Source: Meyerozyma guilliermondii (Eukaryota). Taken from it: 64,000 bases of DNA. Each line of letters begins with the position of its first letter. Position 1 is the stretch's first letter. The position numbers and the translations under genes are program-made. This document shows positions 47,182 through 56,459 of this stretch, one piece after another. Location of the stretch: positions 930,001 through 994,000 of the forward strand of contig CP128819.1 of the NCBI GenBank assembly GCA_051546255.1, read 5' to 3'. The notes under the pieces are model-generated. The model was not told where the DNA came from. It was given only the letters and a program-made list of their open reading frames with translations, and did not search any database.

Positions 47182-47418
47182 AACTTATGGGGTTCCGCTG
47201 ATTGCAATTTTCTTTTGCTTCGTATTTCACGGAACGATTACTCAGTTTGCGTTGCATTTAAAAGTAGCGCCACTCCCGCAATTTCAATAATTATTTCTTG
47301 CACTTGTTCATCTTCTAACAAATATATCTGTCAATTGCAGGTATATACCATCCTGCGATTGCTTTGACACACTTATCAGATCTTGAATTTTCAATAAAAC
47401 TACAAGTGCTAGAAAAGG

Positions 47419-50400
47419 ATGTCACAGAGCGAAGAGTACAAGGATTCCAGGTACTCGGATGCTGCTTCGTCCAACAATGAGGTAGAGGAGTATCAGGGTT
47501 TTGATGATGCTGCTGATAAGTCGATTAGAGAATTGGCTCGTACCATCACCAATACCAGTATTAACATGTCCAAAACAAAAAGCAGTGAGGACCTTATTAG
47601 ATACTTGAGTCATATGTCCCAGGTTCCTGGTGTTGAACCCTACAATCATGAAGAAATTGAGGAAAGTCTCAACCCAGAATCTGATATGTTTAATGCTAAA
47701 TTCTGGGTGAAAAATGTTAGAAAGTTGCTTGATTCCGACCCAGATTATTACAAGCCCACATCGTTGGGAGTGGCTTACCGTGACTTGAGAGCCTATGGTA
47801 TTGCTACTGACTCCGATTACCAACCCACCGTTACATCTGCTTTGTTCAAGCTTGGTAAGGATTATATCAGATCGTTGAGAAAGCAAGATCCTTCGATCTA
47901 CTTTGATATCTTGAAGAGTATGGACGCTATAATGAAGCCTGGTGAAGTCACAGTTGTTCTTGGTAGACCTGGTTCGGGTTGTTCCACCTTGTTGAAGACA
48001 ATTGCTGCTCATACCTACGGTTTCCATATTGGAGAAGAGAGTAAAATCACCTACGATGGTTTGACCATGAAGGATATCGAAAAAAATTTCCGTGGTGATG
48101 TGATCTACTCGGCAGAAACCGATGTTCATTTTCCTCATTTGTCTGTGGGAGATACTTTGGAGTTTGCTGCTCGTTTGAGAACTCCCCAGAATAGAGGTAA
48201 TGTCGATAGAGAAACCTATGCTAAGCACATGGCTAGCGTCTACATGGCCACCTACGGATTGTCCCACACTCGTAACACTCACGTTGGTAACGATTTTATA
48301 AGAGGTGTCTCGGGTGGTGAACGTAAGCGTGTGTCGATTGCCGAGGTTTCTTTGAGTGGTGCTAACTTACAATGTTGGGATAACGCTACCAGAGGTTTGG
48401 ACTCTGCCACAGCTCTTGAATTTATCAGAGCATTGAAGACTTCTGCCACCATTCTTGACTCTACACCTTTGATTGCCATTTATCAATGTTCGCAAGACGC
48501 TTACGATTTGTTCGACAATGTGGTTGTGTTGTATGAAGGTAGACAAATTTTCTTTGGTAAGGCAGATGTTGCAAAGAGCTACTTTATGGAAATGGGATAC
48601 GATTGTCCTCAACGTCAAACCACTGCTGATTACTTGACATCATTGACCAATCCTGAAGAAAGAGTGGTGTTCTCAGGTTACGAAGACAAGGTTCCAAGAA
48701 CCTCAGTAGAGTTTGAGGAATACTGGAAAAAGTCTCCACAATACGCTGCTTTGATCAAAGAAATTGATGAACACATGGCTAATGTTGAAGGTAACAACCA
48801 TAAAGAGCTGTACCACAACTCGCATGTTGCCAGACAATCTAATCACCTTTCTCCAAGATCTCCTTACACTGTTTCTTTCTTTATGCAAACTAGATACATT
48901 ATGCAAAGAAACATCATGAGATTCAAAGGTGATCCTTCGATTCCTATTTTCTCCGTCTTTGGTCAGTTGGTTATGGGTTTGATTCTTTCTTCCGTGTTCT
49001 ACAATCTTAACCAAACTACTTCCTCCTTTTACTACCGTGGTGCCGCTATGTTCTTCGCTGTGTTGTTTAATGCCTTTGCTTCCTTGCTTGAGATCATGTC
49101 TCTTTTCGAGGCTAGACCCATCGTCGAGAAGCATAAGCAATATGCATTATACCGTCCAGCTGCAGATGCTCTAGCGAGTATTATTACCGAGTTGCCTGTG
49201 AAGTTGACGATGTCCATGTCATTCAACTTTGTCTTTTACTTTATGGTCAACTTTAGACGGAACCCAGGTCGTTTCTTCTTCTACTGGTTAATGTGTGGTG
49301 TTTGTACCTTGGTTATGTCTCATATGTTCCGTTCTTTGGGTGCCGTTTCCACTTCTTTGGCAGGAGCTATGACTCCAGCAACTGTCATTTTGTTAGCCAT
49401 GGTTATCTACACTGGTTTTGTCATTCCTACCCCTAAAATGTTGGGATGGAGTAGATGGATCAATTACATCAATCCTGTCGGTTATGTTTTCGAAGCATTG
49501 ATGGCTAACGAGTTCAGTGAACGTGCTTTTGACTGTGCTCAGTATGTTCCTTCAGGTGGAGCGTACGATAGTGTATCATTGCAAGAAAGGGTTTGTAATA
49601 CTGTTGGACTGCGTGCTGGTTTGACTATCGTGCAAGGAACTGATTACATTGCTGAACAATATGAATACTATAACAGTCACAAGTGGAGAAACTTTGGTAT
49701 TGCTGTTGCATTTGCAATTGTCTTTTTGCTTGTCTACATCTTGTTGACTGAGATTAACAAGGGTGCTATGCAGAAGGGTGAAGTCGTTTTGTTCTTGAGA
49801 GGATCCTTGAAGAAACACAAGAGAGAGAACGCTGCTAAAGCTAGCCATGCTAAAGATATTGAGGCTGCTCCAACCAACGAAAAGGTGGAGATGAAGGATC
49901 ACTTGGACTCCCAGAAGTACAGTACTGACCACTCTTCTTCCGACATTTTGCCAGAAAACGGCAACATTTTCCATTGGAGAAATCTCACCTACGAAGTCAA
50001 AATCAAGTCTGAAACCAGAGTGATTTTGAATCAAGTTGACGGATGGGTCAAGCCTGGTCAGTTGACTGCGTTGATGGGATCTTCTGGAGCTGGTAAGACC
50101 ACTCTTTTGAACTGTTTGTCCGAACGTGTTACCACTGGTGTTATTTCTGATGGTACCAGAATGGTGAATGGCCACTCATTGGACTCTTCGTTCCAGAGAT
50201 CCATTGGTTATGTTCAACAACAAGATTTGCACTTGCCAACATCCACAGTCCGTGAAGCTTTGCGATTCTCTGCCTACTTGAGACAACCAAATTCTGTTTC
50301 CAAAGCTGAAAAGAGCGATTATGTGGAGTACATTATCGATTTGTTGGATATGACCACCTATGCTGACGCTTTAGTTGGTGTTGCTGGTGAAGGTTTGAAT

Positions 50401-51906
50401 GTGGAGCAACGCAAACGTTTGACCATCGGTGTCGAGTTGGTTGCAAAGCCTAAATTGTTGTTGTTCTTGGATGAACCTACCTCTGGTCTTGATTCCCAAA
50501 CTGCCTGGTCTATTTGTCAATTGATGAGAAAGCTTGCTGATCGTGGTCAAGCCATTTTGTGTACTATCCATCAGCCATCAGCTATTTTGTTGAAGGAATT
50601 TGACCGTTTGCTTTTCTTGCAAAAGGGTGGAAGAACAGTCTACTTTGGTGACTTGGGAGAAAACTGTTCGACTTTGATCAACTACTTTGAAAAGTACGGT
50701 GCTGATCCTTGTCCAAAGGAAGCAAATCCCGCCGAATGGATGTTGCAAGTTGTCGGTGCTGCTCCAGGTTCGCATGCCAAGCAAGACTACTATGAAGTTT
50801 GGAGAAACTCCACTGAATACAAGAAAGTCAACAGTGAATTGGACCGCATGGAAACTGAATTGTCCAAGCTTCCAAGAGACGAGTCTCCTGAAGCCCGCAA
50901 GTCGTATGCCGCTCCAATTTGGACCCAATATTGGTACGTCACCTGGAGAGTCATCATTCAAAACTGGAGAACTCCTGGCTACATCTACTCAAAATTGTTT
51001 TTGGCTCTCTCGTCCGCTTTATTCAATGGTTTCTCGTTTTTCAAGGCTAACAAGTCGATTCAAGGATTACAGAATCAAATGTTTGCGGTGTTCATGTACA
51101 TGATTCCATTCAACACCTTGGTTCAACAAATGTTAACATACTTTGTGAGACAGAGAGAGGTTTATGAAGTGAGAGAAGCACCCTCTAAGACATTTAGTTG
51201 GTTCGCATTTATTACAGGTCAAATCACTTCTGAAATTCCTTTCCAAGTTGTTGTTGGTACCATAGCATTCTTCTGTTGGTACTACCCAGTTGGCCTTTAT
51301 CAAAATGCTGTTCCTACTGACACTGTGAACGAACGTGGTGCCTTGATGTGGTTACTCTTGACATCTTTCTTCGTTTACACCTCCACCATGGGTCAATTGT
51401 GTATTTCTTTCATCGAACTTGCTGACAATGCCGCTAATCTTGCGACATTGTTGTTCACCATGTGTTTGAATTTCTGTGGTGTTTTGGCTACTCCCGAAGC
51501 CATGCCTGGATTCTGGATATTCATGTACAGATGTAACCCATTCACTTACTTGATCCAAGCTATTCTTTCCACAGGATTGGCCAACTCCGACGTGGTTTGT
51601 GCTAGGCAAGAACTTCTCCACTTTAAGCCAGCCAATGGCCAAAGTTGTAAGGATTACATGGCGCCCTACATCAAAAAGGCAGGAGGATACTTAGTTGACG
51701 GCGGATCGACATCCACGTGTCAATACTGTCCTATGTCTTCGACCAACACTTTTTTGAAGTCTATCAACGCTCTTTACAGCGAAAGATGGAGAAACTTTGG
51801 AATCTACATTGCATTTATTGCAATTAATATTCTTTTGACGATTTTCTTCTACTACTTGGCTAGAGTGCCTAAGGGTAACAGAGAAAAGAAGAAGAAGAAG
51901 AACTAA
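47419..51906 (+). CDS. CDR1: Pleiotropic drug resistance ABC transporter, Cdr1/Pdr5 family
   Basis: NBD-TMD x2; Cys-containing Walker A GRPGSGCST, VSGGERKRVSIAE, GSSGAGKT, LNVEQRKRLTIGVEL; C-terminus RVPKGNREKK as in Cdr1; strongly biased codon usage. Confidence 0.92.
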   Translation: MSQSEEYKDSRYSDAASSNNEVEEYQGFDDAADKSIRELARTITNTSINMSKTKSSEDLIRYLSHMSQVPGVEPYNHEEIEESLNPESDMFNAKFWVKNVRKLLDSDPDYYKPTSLGVAYRDLRAYGIATDSDYQPTVTSALFKLGKDYIRSLRKQDPSIYFDILKSMDAIMKPGEVTVVLGRPGSGCSTLLKTIAAHTYGFHIGEESKITYDGLTMKDIEKNFRGDVIYSAETDVHFPHLSVGDTLEFAARLRTPQNRGNVDRETYAKHMASVYMATYGLSHTRNTHVGNDFIRGVSGGERKRVSIAEVSLSGANLQCWDNATRGLDSATALEFIRALKTSATILDSTPLIAIYQCSQDAYDLFDNVVVLYEGRQIFFGKADVAKSYFMEMGYDCPQRQTTADYLTSLTNPEERVVFSGYEDKVPRTSVEFEEYWKKSPQYAALIKEIDEHMANVEGNNHKELYHNSHVARQSNHLSPRSPYTVSFFMQTRYIMQRNIMRFKGDPSIPIFSVFGQLVMGLILSSVFYNLNQTTSSFYYRGAAMFFAVLFNAFASLLEIMSLFEARPIVEKHKQYALYRPAADALASIITELPVKLTMSMSFNFVFYFMVNFRRNPGRFFFYWLMCGVCTLVMSHMFRSLGAVSTSLAGAMTPATVILLAMVIYTGFVIPTPKMLGWSRWINYINPVGYVFEALMANEFSERAFDCAQYVPSGGAYDSVSLQERVCNTVGLRAGLTIVQGTDYIAEQYEYYNSHKWRNFGIAVAFAIVFLLVYILLTEINKGAMQKGEVVLFLRGSLKKHKRENAAKASHAKDIEAAPTNEKVEMKDHLDSQKYSTDHSSSDILPENGNIFHWRNLTYEVKIKSETRVILNQVDGWVKPGQLTALMGSSGAGKTTLLNCLSERVTTGVISDGTRMVNGHSLDSSFQRSIGYVQQQDLHLPTSTVREALRFSAYLRQPNSVSKAEKSDYVEYIIDLLDMTTYADALVGVAGEGLNVEQRKRLTIGVELVAKPKLLLFLDEPTSGLDSQTAWSICQLMRKLADRGQAILCTIHQPSAILLKEFDRLLFLQKGGRTVYFGDLGENCSTLINYFEKYGADPCPKEANPAEWMLQVVGAAPGSHAKQDYYEVWRNSTEYKKVNSELDRMETELSKLPRDESPEARKSYAAPIWTQYWYVTWRVIIQNWRTPGYIYSKLFLALSSALFNGFSFFKANKSIQGLQNQMFAVFMYMIPFNTLVQQMLTYFVRQREVYEVREAPSKTFSWFAFITGQITSEIPFQVVVGTIAFFCWYYPVGLYQNAVPTDTVNERGALMWLLLTSFFVYTSTMGQLCISFIELADNAANLATLLFTMCLNFCGVLATPEAMPGFWIFMYRCNPFTYLIQAILSTGLANSDVVCARQELLHFKPANGQSCKDYMAPYIKKAGGYLVDGGSTSTCQYCPMSSTNTFLKSINALYSERWRNFGIYIAFIAINILLTIFFYYLARVPKGNREKKKKKN

Positions 51907-52126
51907 ACAAATACCATTAATAGATTAAATGTATGCTTTTTAGATTGATTATACGGAAACTACTGCGGTTTCGCGACCCCACAAAATCTCGAGCCGAGCC
52001 GATAATTTTCGCACCCAATTCGCGCCGGGTCGGCACATGATATTCGGGTTAGAATAGCCGTATTATCATCGTTCAATCTTGGCTTCTGAATCTGTAAAAA
52101 GATCCAAGTATACTCCCACTGTATCT

Positions 52127-54088
52127 ATGAGTGCCAAGGAACCCCCAGCACCAAGATCGCGAAGTCCAACCTACTCGTTGGCTTCCATCGATTCGCTGGT
52201 TGATGGCACCGCAAACCACAATATAAATGAAGATGGTCCACTTGGGCTTGAACAAGACATAGAAGCACAAAAGGAACGTCACTACACGGCCTCGAACGAT
52301 GCTTTGGCCAGTCGCATTCAATCAGCACTTTCAACAAAGAGCAAAAGAGTGCCAGTAAAACAACGACGAGGTCTCTTGAGCTGGATTACCGTCATTCCAG
52401 AATACGAAGATGCTCGTGATTATCCTGACAACTTGAAGGCGGTGCTCGTGTTCATAATAGCTTTTGTGGCCACCACAGGTCCTATGGGCACATCAATCTT
52501 AATGCCGGCCATTGACGATGTCGTGAAAGACTTGGAAACCTCGGTTGCAATCGTAAATGTGTCGGTTGGTGTGTATTTATTGGCACTAGGGATCTTTCCC
52601 ATGTGGTGGTCGACGTTCAGTGAAAGATTTGGCAGACGGAGTATCTACATTATCTCGTTTACCCTTTTTTGCTGCTTCTCTATTGGCGCTGCCCTATCTC
52701 CAACCGTCCAGGTATTGATCGGTTTTAGAGTGTTGTGTGGCATGGCGTCGTCCTCGGTCCAGGCAGTGGGTGCTGGAACGGTAGGCGACTTGTACTCGCA
52801 ACATGAACGAGGCAGAGCCATGGGGGTGTTTTATTTGGGCCCATTAATGGGACCATTTCTCGCACCTATTTTGGGAGGTGCCGTGGCCCAAGCATGGGGC
52901 TGGCGAGCCACCCAGTGGTTATTGGTGATCTTCTCTGGTTGCAGTGCCGTATTTGTCATCTTTGGCTTGCCTGAAACCCTCCGAACTCAAGACTCTCTTA
53001 CGGCAGTTCGAGACATGCTCGCCAAGCGTAACGAAGAAGAAACTTCAACTGACCAAGAAATCGAAACAGGAATTCCTGCCAACATCACAAACACTCCAGG
53101 AAACCATGATGTCGTCGATAAGCAGCTTCTGAGAAATATTTCACGAATGTCGGAAGAACTCTCTCGACACCAGTCGCTCAATGTTGACCATGACGCATTC
53201 GACGATGCTGTAACCGACACAGTCATGCCCACATTAACAAGACTCACGACTAGCAGGTCAACTTATTCACGAAGAATAGCCCAGGAAGTGTACCAGGATA
53301 AACTCGAAAGAATCAGCAACACACATAACAACAGCATTGCCCTGCCAGACCATGAGAAAATGACATGGAAAGACGTTCAAACCGCTACCTATGATGTTCT
53401 TATACGTCCTCTTCATGCTCTTGTGCTTCTCACTTATCCGCCTGTCTTTCTTGTCATCACCTATTCAGCAATTTCTTTCGCTGTGGTATACTTCTTCAAC
53501 ATGACAATCACCTACGAATACGGTAGGCCGCCTTACAACTTTTCCACCATTATAGTGGGACTCATGTATATTCCCAACTCGGTAACATACGTTATGGCTT
53601 CTATAATTGGAGGAAGATGGAACGACAAGTTGTTGAGAGACTATGCAGACAAGCACGATGGTGAATTGGTTCCTGAGTCTCGTATATCTTGGAATGTTGT
53701 GGTTGCAGTGGTACTCTTTTTCCCAGCTTGTCTTATCTTTGGCTGGTGTCTCAGATATGGTGAACATTGGGTGACACCTTTAATAGGTACTGCCATTTTT
53801 GGGTTTGCTTCAATGTTAATTATCGGAACAACAGTTACATATTTGGTCGACACTTTACCAGGAAAAGGTGCAACTGGGGTTGCACTAAACAATTTGTGCA
53901 GACAAATCCTCGCTGCCATAGCCACATTTGTAGTGGAACCAGCACTTAGCACTATTGGACCGGGCATCTTATTGAGTATTCTCTTGGGCATCATGACACT
54001 TGCAGCAGTAACACTCGTGTACCTCAAAAGAAACGGACAATATTTTCGAGAACATTACGAATTGGCAAAGTATTATGACAAACTATAG
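52127..54088 (+). CDS. QDR3: DHA1-family MFS drug:H+ antiporter, Qdr3-like
   Basis: SERFGRR motif A, GAGTVGDLY..ERG.AMG..YLGPLMGP..APILGG, WGWRA, LPETLR; long central loop; first ATG at 52127. Confidence 0.78.
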   Translation: MSAKEPPAPRSRSPTYSLASIDSLVDGTANHNINEDGPLGLEQDIEAQKERHYTASNDALASRIQSALSTKSKRVPVKQRRGLLSWITVIPEYEDARDYPDNLKAVLVFIIAFVATTGPMGTSILMPAIDDVVKDLETSVAIVNVSVGVYLLALGIFPMWWSTFSERFGRRSIYIISFTLFCCFSIGAALSPTVQVLIGFRVLCGMASSSVQAVGAGTVGDLYSQHERGRAMGVFYLGPLMGPFLAPILGGAVAQAWGWRATQWLLVIFSGCSAVFVIFGLPETLRTQDSLTAVRDMLAKRNEEETSTDQEIETGIPANITNTPGNHDVVDKQLLRNISRMSEELSRHQSLNVDHDAFDDAVTDTVMPTLTRLTTSRSTYSRRIAQEVYQDKLERISNTHNNSIALPDHEKMTWKDVQTATYDVLIRPLHALVLLTYPPVFLVITYSAISFAVVYFFNMTITYEYGRPPYNFSTIIVGLMYIPNSVTYVMASIIGGRWNDKLLRDYADKHDGELVPESRISWNVVVAVVLFFPACLIFGWCLRYGEHWVTPLIGTAIFGFASMLIIGTTVTYLVDTLPGKGATGVALNNLCRQILAAIATFVVEPALSTIGPGILLSILLGIMTLAAVTLVYLKRNGQYFREHYELAKYYDKL

Positions 54089-54094
54089 TCCTAT

Positions 54095-56329
54095 TTACCT
54101 TTCAATGCATTCCAAAACATCGTCAAAGAGAAAATCGATATTGACACCAACATCTTTTAGTTGGCTCAATTGTGGCTGCAAAACACCAAGAAACTTATCA
54201 AACAACTCTGTATCTTTCACCTTGTAGATTTTCTCCTCTGTTTCCAAGTCAGTCTTCTCATGGGCCAATAAGTTTCCATAAAGATGTTTCTTCACAATAT
54301 CCACTAATCTCGAGACTTCTTCAATACACCAGTCGATCACTATACTAGAGTCAACTTTTCCTTGCTTATCCTTTCTTATGATTGGCACGATGCTTTGTTC
54401 GTAGTTGGTCACCACCCGTTTTAAAACCGACGAGTAGATGATAACCAAGTTTGACAAATAGTTTACAATGTCTAGTTTAGTGGAGCCTTGTACACCAACT
54501 ATCGACCGCGATACGTTGGTCGAAAGGTAAGATGACATTGCCTGCAAGTAAAGATTGACTCCTTGGTCAAGCTCGTCAAAACTGGCAAATAATTCGATTA
54601 TTTGCCCAATATCGTTTTGACCAAGCCGCGAAATATTATGATTCAAATCGAAAGCAAGGCATCGCTGAACATTGACTTTTCTGTTGTCAATTTTGATCTT
54701 AATAACGTCAATAAGAAGACGAAGTTCATCTGCAGAGGCTTTGGCTTCAGCATTTGTCTTGGAGTTGATGCTGTTTTCAACACTGACCAACTTCTGCTCA
54801 ATATGGCGAATTAAGCCAACTGATTCTGTGTATTTGTTATGCGCCACTTCAATGTCGATCTCGTCCAACTTGTCTTCGATTTTCTTCAATTCGTTAAAAT
54901 ATTGGATTTTTTCTGTGTCCTTATTGTGGATCTTGTTGAAATCAAGAGAACGGTTTCTCGAATGTACACGCGAACTGATATCCTGCAAAACGACATCCAT
55001 ACTCTGCCTTTGCGAACTGCGTCGTTTGGTCTTTTCGTCGATACTCTCGGCGCTTTCATAATGTTTAAATGAATCTCTCAACTGTCTTTTCTCTTCATCG
55101 TGATCAACCTCTCCATCTAAATCGATGGACCTTCTGCTATCAAGCACCCGATCTCGTTGAAGCAACTCTTTCTTGCCTTTATTGTGAGCCTCTATTATCT
55201 TCTTGAAGTGGTCGAAACGATCGGTTTGAAATACATAACTGAGTGATTTTGCTTTCACGTTGACCAAATAAACCTTTTTATCGTCCTTTTCGCCACGATG
55301 CGACGAAGGTTTTGAAACTTCCGTCATACTGACTTCGTTTAATGGCCAGCAATGAGTAGCTTGTAATCTTGTTTTAGTACTTGAGCCCTCTTGCATGGCA
55401 GATGTCTTCTTCGTCGCTATCAATATGAGGTCATTAAGCACGACTATGTGTACTGTCTTTGTGGGCTTCCAATTACCTACATTGATCTCATGCCACCTCC
55501 CACTTTCGGTGAGAACATGACGGCCAGGAAGAGGTTGGATGAATTTTGAGGCACCCTCAACATGCTTGAAAAGCGATCTGAGTTCATTTTTCCACATTTT
55601 TTCCAACACCATGATAGAGGAACGATCTTTTCTACGAGACATAACCAGTAAGCCCTTCGAGGAAGCTGCTGAAATGGTACTGTTTGAAGACGCCGATGGA
55701 GCTGGCACCTCGTGTTCCAATTCTATTCGACGTTCTGCTGCTTCCTTAAAATCGTCAAGGATTTCATATAGTTCCTTGGTCGTGACTCGTAATTGCAAAA
55801 GCTCCTCCTTGGTGTCCTTGAGGTCGTTCGTGAGTTCTAAAATGTAGCGTTGGTTCTGATTGATATTGTTCTTAATTTCCTTCGTTAACACTGCCTTTTT
55901 CTGCTTAAGAATCTTATGAAAGTCATCAATTTCCTTTGCTGTACCGCTTCCAAGAATTTTGTATAACTGCTCTTCCGAATTTTCCTCTTTTTCCTCCACA
56001 AACAGAACCGCACCTGAATTATTCGTCATGGTCTTGGAAAGCTGAGGCAAAGGAGGTGCGCCATTCGCCTGCGAAAACGACTTCCTATGCGGCCCCGAGG
56101 CAGCTGCCAAAGCTGACGCATGGATACTAAGCCGACGGTTGTTTTTCCGAGCCGTGGCAGCGGGATCTTGCGCAGTTGAACTTCCATACGGCATGCTGGG
56201 CACCTGTAACAGATCATTTTCTACGGAAGTATTGGCATTAGCATAAGGATTTGCGGTCTTGTGAACTTGCAGAGCACGCTGCCAAGGCGCACGGCTCTTG
56301 CGGTATGCAGCTTTGACGTTAAATTCCAT
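54095..56329 (-). CDS. EXO84: Exocyst subunit Exo84
   Basis: YRKSRA N-terminus, RRLSIH, LFKHVEGASKF..PGRHV..ESGRW.E PH domain; head-to-head with SIF2 as in S. cerevisiae. Confidence 0.92.
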   Translation of the reverse strand: MEFNVKAAYRKSRAPWQRALQVHKTANPYANANTSVENDLLQVPSMPYGSSTAQDPAATARKNNRRLSIHASALAAASGPHRKSFSQANGAPPLPQLSKTMTNNSGAVLFVEEKEENSEEQLYKILGSGTAKEIDDFHKILKQKKAVLTKEIKNNINQNQRYILELTNDLKDTKEELLQLRVTTKELYEILDDFKEAAERRIELEHEVPAPSASSNSTISAASSKGLLVMSRRKDRSSIMVLEKMWKNELRSLFKHVEGASKFIQPLPGRHVLTESGRWHEINVGNWKPTKTVHIVVLNDLILIATKKTSAMQEGSSTKTRLQATHCWPLNEVSMTEVSKPSSHRGEKDDKKVYLVNVKAKSLSYVFQTDRFDHFKKIIEAHNKGKKELLQRDRVLDSRRSIDLDGEVDHDEEKRQLRDSFKHYESAESIDEKTKRRSSQRQSMDVVLQDISSRVHSRNRSLDFNKIHNKDTEKIQYFNELKKIEDKLDEIDIEVAHNKYTESVGLIRHIEQKLVSVENSINSKTNAEAKASADELRLLIDVIKIKIDNRKVNVQRCLAFDLNHNISRLGQNDIGQIIELFASFDELDQGVNLYLQAMSSYLSTNVSRSIVGVQGSTKLDIVNYLSNLVIIYSSVLKRVVTNYEQSIVPIIRKDKQGKVDSSIVIDWCIEEVSRLVDIVKKHLYGNLLAHEKTDLETEEKIYKVKDTELFDKFLGVLQPQLSQLKDVGVNIDFLFDDVLECIER

Positions 56330-56459
56330 TGCCAGGTCGACTTGTTGTGCTGATGGAATATTGATCTGGGTGAGGTGCGAGGTGCGGTGTGTGGATGTGT
56401 GGTGCACCGATGTCCAATGGTGTCAAGCCAGCGATGGTCTCAAACAATTTTAAAGCGTC

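Noticed and set aside
47313..47380. Possible 5' UTR intron of CDR1 (TTCTAAC...TGCAG followed by GTATAT)
   Set aside because: No nearby GTAAGT/GTATGT donor, and the branch-to-AG spacing is unlike the three real introns.
47422..51642. Several long antisense ORFs (up to 286 aa) within CDR1
   Set aside because: Expected from strong codon bias that depletes reverse-strand stops; no independent coding signal.
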